Source: Syncephalis fuscata S228
Lineage: Eukaryota; Fungi; Zoopagomycota
DNA: 64,000 bases
Assembly (NCBI GenBank): GCA_025786725.1
Contig: JAHLTZ010000027.1
Location: forward strand, 1 to 64,000
Reading direction: 5' to 3'
Below, in pieces: positions 17,543 to 29,870 of this stretch. The position numbers were made by a program, and so were the translations under genes. The notes under the pieces are model-generated. The model saw only the letters and a list, made by a program, of their open reading frames with translations. It did no database searches and had not been told where the DNA came from. Position 1 is the first letter of the stretch. Each line of letters starts with the position of its first letter.

Positions 17543-19434
17543 AGCAAATAAAGATAACTAACAAAGATTTACAAAAGATGCTATCCGTTCTTTGTTAGCA
17601 ATACTTCAAATAACAAAGATGAACACAAAGATAGTGTAGATAGCAATAACAAAAAGGACAAAGGCGCAAAAATAGATTCAAACTGAGCGTCTTTATCAAT
17701 ATTTTCTTGGCAAAGTGAAACTATAATTTTGTTAGTGTTTTCATTAATTTACAAAAGCTACTGTAATTTGACTCCCACATTTTTTATTTACTTATTTCAC
17801 CATCTTTTTCTTATCACTATCTTATTGCTCTATTCAGTAATATATTATCTGATAATGCTAAATATAACAATATAAATAACATGCATATTTGAACATCAAT
17901 AAAAACACTATTCAATTCCTAGTCTTTATTTCTCTTATGTTACATAGCACTTGTTCAAATAACCTCAACACATGCCGTATATTCTGCTACAACTGTCGCC
18001 ACAAGATCTTCCTGGTGAAAACATTCAACCTATCATTATTGCATATGGTGGAGGCCATTTACTTTATTAATGATCGGCAAATAAACTGCGCCTACCAAGT
18101 TGATATCAAAATGCTAAGAGAATGGTAAACATCAGACATGCTAGTCGTCCTATCTTTTTGTCATCATAAATGAGTATCTTACATCGCAAATATGCCCAAA
18201 ATGCAACAGTAGAAATTGGCAAATAGAAAAGATCATTCAGACGCAAGAAACCACACTGTACCTAGTAACAGCAATAAAAACTGCGGAACGATATGGAATT
18301 GCGATTAATGGCTTTTATTAATATTCGATCAATATTTCTTACATGGCCAACAACAACAACGATCGGCCTCGTGAATTGCAAAGTAGTCAAATGAACATTA
18401 TAACTATGTTTGTCGTACATAACGGTACGACTTGAATTGGAACGAATTTGCTTTGAGAGCTCAAAATGTAAAGTCAAAGTAAAGTTCAGCCAATTCATAA
18501 ATTGCATGTTCTACGATAAGCTATAAATAGCAGTGCTAAAATTATAACGCTGATAACTTGACAAACAAAATAAGCAAAAATTATAATGGCTAAAACTAGC
18601 AACAAACAGAAAATACTTTTGAGTAAAATTAAATAAAATTGACATAAATAATATGGAACTATATGAGTATACAATGATAACGATATGGATGAATAGAAAA
18701 TATACATTTACAGAATAACACTGACGATGTATTAATTATTTGATCACTAATGTCACTCATTACCAAATTCCATAATTTTACCTTAGCCTTATAGAATGCC
18801 GCTAGTTTCTGATGTTTACTAGCACTTACATTAACGCTCAAAATACAATATGTTGATTGATTGTATTGATTGGACAATAAGCTTATTTCGTATTATTCAT
18901 TAATTAGCACAATGCAACTATAGTAAACTGAATAACTTGGACGACACTAAGTAGAAATAAGGTAGAATCAAAAACTGGATTATTTTTATTAATATTAAAT
19001 AAAACTACCATTATATAGTAAATGAAAATATTGGTAGGTATAATAATTTATTTGTAACTTATAAACACGAATACAGGATCAAAAAACACACTATATTGCA
19101 AAAAATATAATGCTAGAGTATTTTTGAAATAAAATTTATTTAAAAAAACTGCTCAACTAGCTATTTATTAATATTTGAAATAAAGTAAATATACACATAT
19201 GCTTGGCTATAATAAAGCAATATTCAAGTCTATTATATAATTTATAAATTTTACACCATTAAAACATAAGCATTTGAAATAGTCTTTAATAACACCTTTA
19301 CAGAAATGATGATCATCTAATGATGATTTAATTAAACTTGCAAGTACCTGATTGGTCTACTATTGTATCTTTCCATTGCTTTCTTGTCCCAATTCATTAA
19401 GCACTGTTTGTTCATCACTCTGGTTACTTCTATC

Positions 19435-20493
19435 ATGCTGAATAATTGGATAAAAACCATGTTAGGCGGAAGTTTTTCAGAAGAATCTACTAACGAGGAA
19501 ATACGCGTCGGACCATGGCCTACAGGCCAACAGACGGTATCAGTGTACACACGTCCTAAGCAGTCGTTCCATCCAGTTCTCCATTATGACTTATCTTCGT
19601 TAGCACTAGCTGCTGGCGACATTCATCGCCCTGCAGCCTATTGCGAACAGCTTGTTATGTATCAACCATTGCCAGCGGCACTATTTGCCGATCCGTACCA
19701 GCTACATGACGTGTTGGAGCAAGGTGCGGAACGTGTACGTCATTACGGTCAAATTGAACTAGAAAACCCAGTCAATGAGGCTTCACCGACTGGCGTATCA
19801 GTTACTCTATGGGATTATAGAGTGTATCGGGCCGGCCAAGGTGGATCTAAACATAACGAAAATGGCGAACCAATAGAAGAGAAATCTACGGTAACGCCAT
19901 GGAAAGCAACCGATATACTTGAATTACCGCTTCATGGTCGCTATCAAGTACCATTATTTGGGAGTGAAGAGCAGCATATCACTGTACATTCCAGTCAATT
20001 CTACTGGTTATGCCATAAAGGTAAATGGTATTAAAATAGTTGTATAGTCTCTAATATACCAATATTTGTAGAGTTGACACAATCAAACGACCACTTGCTA
20101 TTAAGTAAAGATTCAGATATTGCTCATTTATTCAATGACAAATATGCGTATCAAATTAAATCTATTCAAGTAACACCTACTCATGACCCACAAGATGTGG
20201 TTCAAAGTGCCAGCAAAATAGGAAATGCACTAACCATAACTCTACCCAGCGGTCGGCTAGAAGATGCCTCTATCGTGGCATTGGGCACACTGGCCTGTGT
20301 TACTGTTGGGCTAGTATGGATTATATGGGCTATCTTCACGGCAAGACAGTCTAATGCCACTAAAAACACAAATACTAGCAAATCTACTACAGAACAACAG
20401 CACAAATCATCAAACGCTACAGCTATTCGAGTAACACGAATTCCCAGACAGAGTACAGATGCTTATGATGCTAATGTAGAAAAAGACGAGTAA
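19435..20493 (+). CDS. PBN1: PIG-X/PBN1-like subunit of GPI mannosyltransferase I; intron 20021-20071
   Basis: SFHP, LPAALFADPYQL, IELENP and LELPLHGRYQ motifs plus a single C-terminal TM helix (IVALGTLACVTVGLVWIIWAIF). Confidence 0.75.
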
Positions 20494-20550
20494 TAATGAT
20501 TATACTAATAAATAGTGGTTATAACACAAATGTTTATTCAGTATGGCAAT

Positions 20551-22000
20551 TTAAACACGATACTCATTAAATGGACTAGTGTACAAAGCATGTCGCAAAT
20601 CTTCTTCCAATGCTATTTCTTCCAAATAAGTAGCAAGTCGTAACAATTCTTTATCCTCCTTCTGAGCCATGTTATTGGTAAATGACGACAAATAGATCCA
20701 ATTCTCTGGTTGTCGCTCTGTCTTTTCCGGTGAGTCATCAACAATAAGCGTATTGCCTGCGTGCCAACAAGAACGCCAATCCCAAATACGTTGCAAGTCT
20801 TTAACTGTAACCGGATTGCCCGAGTATTCCTGAGGCGTAAATCCAAATGCTCTTCTATCCCATAAAGCAGCCAAGTAATCTTGGTAGCGTATTTGGCCGG
20901 GTAATTCATTAAGCCATAGTTTATTGCGGTAATCTATAGATGCATCGGTGCTGGTCGTTTCTTTCTTTACATCGTGCTTTTGTTGCTTTTGTTGATGTCT
21001 GTCGTATTGTTGGAAGCAATGACGTGCCATTAACTGCACATTCTCTGGTCGAGCTGATGACCAAATCAATACAGCATAGTGTTGAATGACACGTCCTAGA
21101 AACTCGCCCAGGTGAGGCCTGGCATAGAATTGCTTACTCTTCGTACGATGTCTATATATAGATTATTATTAAACCGTTATAATATAACTATTAATATTAC
21201 TTACATTAACGTGCCATTGAGATCCAGTACTAGAAGTGGCAATTTTGTAATATATGCTGCACGACGAAGTAAATGCGTTTTCTTGGTATCTGCATCTAGT
21301 AAACCGCCTTCATCTGGATAAAACATTGGTGCTAATGGAGCTGATAATGAAGGTCCATAATTATTCTGTAATCGATATCGATCTTTGTTTGATTTTTGTC
21401 TTGTATTAGACCGTGAGCCATTGTCACTAGCACTTGGCTTTGAATAAGTGCCGCTTTGATCACGATCTGATACTTGTCTTGTATTGTATCGCGAACTGTT
21501 ACTGCTATTACTTCGCCATGAATAAGCGCTGCTTCGATCATTATCCGATACATATCTTGTGTTATGTTGCGAAGTATTGTTGCTAGAAGTTCGCCATGAA
21601 TTAGAGCTGTCTTGATCGTTGTTTGATGTCCGCCTCATATTAGATCGCGAAGTATTGTTGCTGTTGTTGTTGCGACTACTTGACCGCGAATAAGAGTTAC
21701 TTTGATCGTCATTGCGTCTATGATGACTATTGCTATTTATGCCGCTTCGAGTTCCTCTTGCATAGTCTCCATGGTTTTAGAAGAGTCTGGCTGCTGTTCT
21801 GCTGTACAGTTTAATTCAGTTTGGCGCTTAGAATTGATATCTGTGGTATAGTATTTTTGTGACAATAATGTAAGATCTTTATGCGTATAATTACATAACC
21901 AACGCTGATTAGACAAGGAATACTTCCTGGTATGTGGTAGGCGTGTTTGCTGCACGTCTACCAAAGGTAAGAAATAGCTCAGTCGTTTAAATAATGACAT
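20551..22000 (-). CDS. FCP1/NIF-family HAD-like phosphatase (DLNGT type) with mitochondrial-like presequence and S/R/N repeat region; intron ~21153-21204; apparent frameshift ~21776
   Basis: LLVLDLNGTL, ARPHLGEFL, IWSSARPENV, KDLQRIW, NTLIVDDSPEK; N-terminus MSLFKRLSYF... Confidence 0.8.
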
Positions 22001-22123
22001 GAACAGGAAATAAAAAAATATATAGACTGCAAGTATAAATGTGTGAAAATATTTATAAAATAAAAATAAACGTCGGCATACTAATAAGTAGTAATTGTTA
22101 CAAACGCATAATAAAATCACCGT

Positions 22124-24933
22124 TTAGCGATGTACTGGATACCATTTCTTGATAGCTTGCTGTATTCGATGTTGCATATCAAATAAACCGTGTATTTCCA
22201 GTGTTTCATCCACTTTCTGTAGTAATCGATAGCTGGGTTTATAGCCGGCTTGAGGCATTCTATTTAGTAGAATACCTAACGATTTATCAAATACATGCAG
22301 ACGACGATACGTTTTCTCCATCGATTGCCAATGTCGCTCGTTAAGCTTGGCACCATCGGCCAATCCAGCGTCGCGTATCTCTTCAAGTCGTTTAACAGAT
22401 TTCATAGAGTTGGCTAGATTGAATAACACAGACAAACTAGCATCATTAATACGGAATCGGTGCTGTTTACGTGCACGTAAATAGAATTGCCAACCTTCAT
22501 GGCCTTGATGAGCATAGACGTAGGCTTGGATTACACATGTGATAATATATTGATTACGTTGCAGGTTATGCCTGCTAGCATACTCGTAGCAACGAAGCAC
22601 TGAATCAAGCTGTCGTTGTTTACCAAGTACATTAATAACACTGGTGTAATGGGCGGCACTCATGGTTAACGTGTATTTTTCGATAAACGCTAGCATATCC
22701 ATAATATCTGTGATAGATTCTTTTTGTAATCCATCTGCTAGTAATAGACCCGTTGATGTCTCGGGAATAATGACTCCATGTTTACGACATCGAAGTATTA
22801 GTTGTGCGGCATTAGCTGGTTGTCCCGCCTTAATATAACCTTCGACAATCTTTAATCCCAAAGCACCAGGACCAAGCCAGCCAGCTTCTTCCAAGAATTG
22901 CATCTGAGGCCGTGTTGCTAAATAGGTCATTAATAAACGCTCAGCACCCATTGGATCCATTAACTTTAAGTGACTTTTAATCATCGCAGATAGAATCACC
23001 AAATTAATAGGTATTCTAAATGTACGTATATCCTTTAGTAAATCTAATACACCTGACCAGTCTTCTTGCTCAAATGGCACCCATTGAATCATACCAATCA
23101 AGTGATGATTAACACAGTTTAAATTACGCATTTTTGTGTAGATATCAAATGCTGCCGTATAATTCTTTTGCGATCGATAGGTAGAAATAAGCTGCCCAGC
23201 CAATCCAATAATAGGACAGATATCGAGTGTTTCACGGGTAGATGCTATATAATCATGCTTGACATCGTTAAATAGTAGTTTTGTATTTGTTACTGTATCG
23301 CTGTTTGCTTTATCCACAAATGTATGTTTTGATATTTGTATGATATCGTCAATTGGATCATCTTCCATTGATACTTCATTCATCACTGTTCTTGAATTGT
23401 AGTGTTTGTCAAATGCCAATAGCATCTTATGCTGTAAACGATGTACTTTTCTTAGCATTGATGTCAACTCTGTGTCGATAATTGATTCGCCATTAGGTCC
23501 AAGGTAATTACCGTCATATTGTCGATGAAATGCATATAAAATCATTTCATTAAGTAAATTGGCTACCTCTTTTACTTTTTGTTGTTGTAAAAGTGTAATA
23601 GCATAACCATAGTCAAGTTGAATATCACGACTAGTTTGTTGATGTCCTTGTTTACTCACATTATAGACCAATTCAACATCATTAAATCGTTTTAATTTTG
23701 CCAATCTAGTCATAAGTATTTTTAATGATGCAGTGTCGAGTGTGCCACCATCTGTGTAAACTGTCTTGAAAATATCTAATGCCTTATCGACTGGATTTTT
23801 TAAATTGGATTGAAAACTAATTTTACATTGTTTTCCAAGTAGTAGATGGAACATATGTGAGGTCGTATTATAATTTGGTATGCGATGTCCATCACGAATG
23901 GCTGAATAAAGTGCCAGTAAAGTCTCAATTTCTGTCTCATTTGTTATATAAATATTATCAAATAAATCACATTGAGTTTCCGGTAAGATGGAATAACCCA
24001 TGGATAGTGCATCTTGATATAGCTGTAACTTGTCAGGCATAGGACGCCTTGCTAATGCACTTAGGAATTGATTAATACAAGTATTTAACAAAGGATTACG
24101 AAGTTGCAGTATATCATAATAGAGTAAGCGACAGCGTTGATGACCAAAGCCAAACTTTCGATCAATTGTCATTTGAATTTGTTCATTGGCTAGGAACGCG
24201 GTAACCATCGCAGCTACTGCATTGATCCGTTCTCTTAGACCGGCTTCCACACGATACTTTTCATAAACACATATAGCTTTATACGGTTCACCAGTCGTTA
24301 TATGATATCGAATCCATTTAGTATAATGGTCGGGTGTAGGTAGTCGACCATTTTGTGTGTATAAAATGATAAGGAATTTATCAAAGTCAGCAACTTTATC
24401 ATCAAGCATTTGATTAAATAATTTGCCCAATAATTGTGTATTCACTTGCAACAACGATCCTTCTTTAGACAGTTGTTTTATAATTGATGTTACCGAAACT
24501 AAATCGTTTTGCTGTATTGCTGCTTCAAGTTGCTCAATAAGTGCTGTACATTTGGCTGATGTCATTGAATTTTGGTTATCGGCATGTCCAATGTATCAGA
24601 ATAGAATGGATCAATCATTGGCGGCTGACAGTCGATATCATTATGTTGAATATCGTCTTCTACTGATTGAAATAGTTTTTTGTGTTGTTTAGGTCGAAAG
24701 CCATCATTTCTAACAATTTTACCCGTCTGTGGCAATGTAGCCGTCTTGTTTTCCTTAGTATTTTTTGTTTCATCCAAATAGTCTATTAGTTGCAAAAACG
24801 ATGCATCCGATGACATAGAACATCGTGTTATACGTGTTGGATAGTTAGGATTTAATCGTAGAATGGGTATCGACTGCAATCTGAATAGCAATTGCAGCCG
24901 GCTACGTCGAAGTAAAAAAGAATGAGCAAACAT
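22124..24933 (-). CDS. Pentatricopeptide-repeat (PPR) protein, probably mitochondrial; apparent frameshift ~24565-24597
   Basis: Arg/Leu/Ser-rich presequence MFAHSFLLRRSRLQLLFRL and ~35-aa helical repeats (HYTSVINVLGKQRQLDSVLRCY, IITCVIQAYV, GYKPSYR). Confidence 0.75.
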
Positions 24934-25021
24934 GTTATCATTACGGTAATAAATAAAAAAGAAAATAAAAAATACACTGTTCTATTGGTAGATTAAGTAA
25001 TGTTTAATTTTAACATTTATA

Positions 25022-25976
25022 TTACAAATCAATTGTATTTTGTCCTTTAAACTTTTTAGCTGCTCGATCTGCTGCTCGATAACAAAATTGACTACCGTAG
25101 ATTGTGTAATCTTGATCTTTGACCTTTAGAGAGAACACACTATTTGCCTTGGGTATAGCTATAGCGATAGTAGATTAAACATTGATCATCCTACAATTAA
25201 TGTGCGTTTCTAACTTACATGTTAATCGATCGCGACAGTCAATAATACGAAACATATTTTTTGTTTCCATAATGACGATACCAGTTGTTCCAATATAACT
25301 TGGACAACGAGAACGTACAACTGTACGTGATTAATGCATTAATATCAATAGTATGCTGTAATTTACTAACTACCAGTCATAATGCTGCCATGTAAATCGG
25401 CTTTTAGTAATTTGGGTAAAAACATACGTGGATTAGTATTAGTGCCGTAAACTTCATTGATATATTGTGTCCAAAGAGTATGAAGTGGTTCAAATAGTGC
25501 GTAGCTATTAATAATAGCTGTTAGAAATGATAGCTGTTATGCTTATATTTACTTACCGGTTGCAATCAGTAGGCAATTTATATATACCTGCTGCGCGTTT
25601 CTGTTTTGCCGTTAATACTGGCAGTTTGCCAGTACGACGATGGTTTTGCCGTCCTTTTTTACGCGCAAGTTCCTGTGTCGAGCCTTCAATTGGCATGACA
25701 CGGTCTGCCAGCTTTTCCTGATAGATTTGCGTTGGTGCCGCATTCGTTTGTGTACCTTCCTTTAATGCTTCGCATACAAAATTAGGCACAAAACGCTGCG
25801 TTACTGGATCTATTGGAATTGGCTTTATACTTTGTTAATATATACTTTACGTGTAAATGCTTCTTTAAGTTGTATATATATATATATATACGCACCTCAT
25901 GCTCTTCTCCTGAGATAGCTGGATGTCGTTCAACTTCCTTAGGAAATGATGTATAAAATGACGGGGAATCGGTCAT
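25022..25976 (-). CDS. POP4: RNase P/MRP subunit p29 (5 exons)
   Basis: Spliced exons give FEPLHTLWTQYI...KLLKADLHGSIM, VVRSRCPSYIGTTGIVIMETKNMFRII and IPKANSVF...IYGSQFCYRAADRAAKKFK. Confidence 0.92.
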
Positions 25977-26084
25977 ATTGTTTAAGTGATAGATAAAGAA
26001 AGAATAAAATAAATCTAAATTAATGTAGTCTTTTTAGTTTGGAGTCAACAAATCAGCCAATATAATGTTTGTCATTTTTAATAT

Positions 26085-26957
26085 ACTACTGCTGTGAGGC
26101 CTTTCATCAGTATTGACCGAGCCTTTGTTGTGTTGCTTATAATTAATATGGCCATATGTTATATCAAAGGAATTTAAATTTGCTATAGTCCTAGTATTTA
26201 AAAATAACACTTGTTCTGTTTTCATGTCTTTCATTATATGAATAACATCACTCAAGGGTTTAATGATACTGCTTCAACCTTGAATTACTTTTTCTGGATC
26301 TGATTTTGCATTTAAACAGGTTAGCCTTTGATTTGTTCTTGGCAACGTTTGATAAACATGGATGATAGTAAATTTTAACCGTGCTTTTACCATTAAAACC
26401 GAATAATTGCAATAATGATAATATAGAATTATGCATGTGTTTCTAGAACAAAGAAATGATTCAAGTTTTATACAGAATTGGTACAACCACGGTGTTGAAC
26501 ATTGCGCCACGTGAATCTATGCGTGTTGCAATAACATGAATACCATAATATGTGTCTACCCATATTGCATTTGAACAAGCAACAATCAACCATCTCATTA
26601 AAACTGTGTTCATTGTATTAAGGATAAACATTTGTATACATTTAAATAGCATTTAGATGTTTACACATAAATTTTATTGCACTATTGTTCATCTACAAGA
26701 TTGCTAGCTACCAGTTCTCTAATATTGCCTGCACACCAATGCAAAAGGCCTATGTCACAAAACTAGTTTATACTTGCATGTGGCTTCCATGAAGCTATAC
26801 AACCATTTACTATATAATAATACGATTTAAATTTGTTGATAACACAAATTTATTGCTTTTTACTCTAGTCTTTAATATGTTATTTTCAAAATACCAACAA
26901 TTGGTGTTATTGCTATTTACTTGTATATTAATACAAATCAACTATGCTTGTGCAAAA
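26085..26957. repeat. ~870-bp near-identical inverted duplication of 46110-46982 (upstream region + signal-peptide coding start of receptors A and C)
   Basis: Mirror coordinates sum to 73067 throughout; identical ORF translations at 26274/46557 and 26461/46415; only a few substitutions. Confidence 0.95.
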
Positions 26958-28746
26958 GTTACTTTTTCTGATAGTACCAACAAACCCGTATCTTATCCTT
27001 TAACTGAGCTGCATTTTTATCCGGATTTCGACCATCGTCGTTATGAAGGCATTGCACTTGTATGGAAATTTCCTGGATATAAAGAACCAAACACAGAATG
27101 CTTTTTTCCGCCAGTTAATGCTTCCGATCCAGCAATTCAAAATATTGCTAAAAGCGCATTTAAATATCCAGACTTTGCGTTAATTGTAAATGATATAGCT
27201 GTTTTACGCAATGTATGCGATACCAAAGAACAAGTAAGCATTTTTATTATAATAGATAGTTAGATATACTAATTGTAGCTTAGATTGGTAAAGCAATGAA
27301 TAATTTGATTTGGCAACTATCACATGCAGGATTTCCTTCAGTCAAGTTGGTTATTTTATCTTCAGATTTGCCACAAGGTTTCTTTGTAAATCACAACTAT
27401 ATAACACTTTTTTCTGCAAATGTATACAGCGGATATGGAGAATTAAAATCAATTAAAACAGCGGTACTGAAAATACCCGAATCTCTTTTTAATAATACAA
27501 TAATTAAAGACCACACAAGCCTCCATTATATTGCTGAATTAGGTAAACCATTTAAAACTGCCATCATATCAATATTAAACTGTTAATAGAACCTGACCCA
27601 TGGAATGAGCTATTATTCTCGCACACACATATCGCTTACAAATGGACATATTTTACCTTGGTAAGCAGTAAAGTCAAACAAACATATATAATTCTTATTG
27701 TGTTGCTATAGGTATTGGGTGTTTTGTTGTATGCGTGTGCTCGTATTATAAACTGGCAAGATTGAACATGCTGAAGCGGAATTTACTTTTAGTTGCATTC
27801 GTTACCGGTTTTGTATACTGCATTTGTAAGTAAATCCAATATATTCTATAATATACAACTTATGATTATATACTAGTTTTTCTTATACACCTGGCTGCCC
27901 TACATAAAACATATGTATTACCGGCTTTTTTTAAAATTTACACTCTTTTAGCAGGAATACCTTTTGATATAATACTTTTGCATTGGTATGCTATTACTTA
28001 ATTGGTTATATGATGTTTAATGTTTAATTTATAGGTCAATCATTGGCAAAAATCTATTTTCAAAGATAACAAAGATAACTTTATGGCTTGTTATTATTGC
28101 TGATATTATAGTAGACATTATGCGAATTGTAGGCTTAACAATATTTTTTTATCAAAAAACAAACAGTTATATTTCATCTTTACTCAGTGTTATTTCTAGT
28201 GAATCTATATATATTACGCTGTCATGGATTGCTATTGCAACATTTTGTTTACTTTGTAAGTCAATATAAACTAAGATTAATTTAAGCTAACTGCTATTTA
28301 ATAGTTTTATGGCTTGGATCTATATTTTATAAGCTTAGGAAACATCCTGATGGCCGTCGTAAATTTACACAGGTAAAATATTTAATATAATTAATGTGTT
28401 AAATTATAGTACTTATATTCTACACTAGCTGGCATGCCTTACTGTCATAGCCTTTTTCACGTATCTAGTATTTCCGATTTGCAATATCTATATTATAAAA
28501 AAATCAACTCTCAAACCTCATGATATATTTAAAGCATACTTTATACTTGATACGGCCTATATGGTGCGTGCACTCATATTTTTATCGATTCTTGGTATAC
28601 AATGGCCACATTCACCGGAATTAACTGAGCCAAAGATACGAGAACCACTTGGTGGAATGACAACTGTTGGATACGATTCAAAAGTAGAGGATGCCCCAAT
28701 ACGTTGGCAGTTGACTCGTAAACTTACAAGAATAATTAATCGTTAA
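26877..28746 (+). CDS. Receptor-like protein copy A: signal peptide + PA-like ectodomain + 7TM (8 exons, appears intact)
   Basis: MLFSKYQQLVLLLFTCILIQINYACA signal; FALIV..C...EQ...LSHAGFPSVKLVIL; EPDPWNE linker; seven hydrophobic segments across GT-AG-spliced exons; tail KIREPLGGMT. Confidence 0.8.
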
Positions 28747-29870
28747 CGTACTATTATAAATAATCAGCCGACTTATGTTTTTTAAATAGCTAATAAAAAA
28801 TAAATAGTTTTTGCTGTATTTGATTACTCGGTTTATCCATGAATGGTTGTTGATAGTATTGTGAATATAACAAAATAGATTATAGTTAACAAGTTAGCCA
28901 GTCTACCAATCTTAAATAACCTATTTACTACTCATTAATAAATCTACAAAGCACAGCCAAATACAAGACCAGACAAACGGGATATTTTTGATTTGAATGT
29001 AAGTATAACTGCGCTAGTACATTTAAACTAAATAGGGCTTGACTGGTTAGCATTAATGCGGCAGCTACAGCACTTCTGGGACGAATAAGAAATGAAAGAT
29101 GATTTACAAGATTGTTGGTTAATTAGCACAGGCACATCCAAATCGATATGGGTTTTTATTGATGGACGCTGTATCCAAATGGCATTTAAAGCATCATTTA
29201 TTTGCTATTACCACTTTTTCATCTGCTACAAATGGTATTAAAATACTATTTATGAATCCGTTTCTGCGCTCAGACAGGCCAGTTGTTGGCTTGTTTACAG
29301 AACTATTTGCTAACTACCAGTGTCAATGGGTTTTTGGCTATGTTCTCGTGAGCAAATTTGTAAAAGTGCGATAATGGAATGTAAAGTTAGGCATAATTTT
29401 CAGAACAAAAAAACAACGCAAGCTGCATGCACAATTGGTACCATCATAATGCTAAACACTTTCCATGCAAGTCTATAGATGGTGCAAAATGTTTCTAAAT
29501 CCATTATATTGTTTTAATAAGGCTTATAATAATAGTTTAAATTCTGGCTATTCTAAACCAATGCATTTATTAAATATACGACAAAAGCAATATACATTTA
29601 CATTTAGAATGCTATTCTATGTAGCTTATGTAGGCGAATATGCATTCCAAGTGTAGCACTATTTGCATACAATAACATATGTTACATATAAACCTACTAG
29701 CTACCAATTATTCGATATTGTATGAAGACCAATATAAAAGACCTGTGCCACAAAGCTAGTTTGTATATGCTTGCGACTTTGCATGAAGCTATATGGCTAT
29801 TTACTATATAATAATACACTTCAAATCCACTGAGAATATAGCCTTGTTACTTTCTATTCTGAATTTCAGC

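Noticed and set aside
17889-18877. Cluster of short ORFs between the MARVEL-like and PIG-X genes
   Set aside because: No coherent exon structure or motif found; at most a decayed gene remnant.
26034-26652. ORFs identical to 46415..46793 as a duplicated small gene or transposon
   Set aside because: No coding signature, transposase motif, terminal inverted repeats or target-site duplication; the identity comes from the duplicated upstream region of the receptors.
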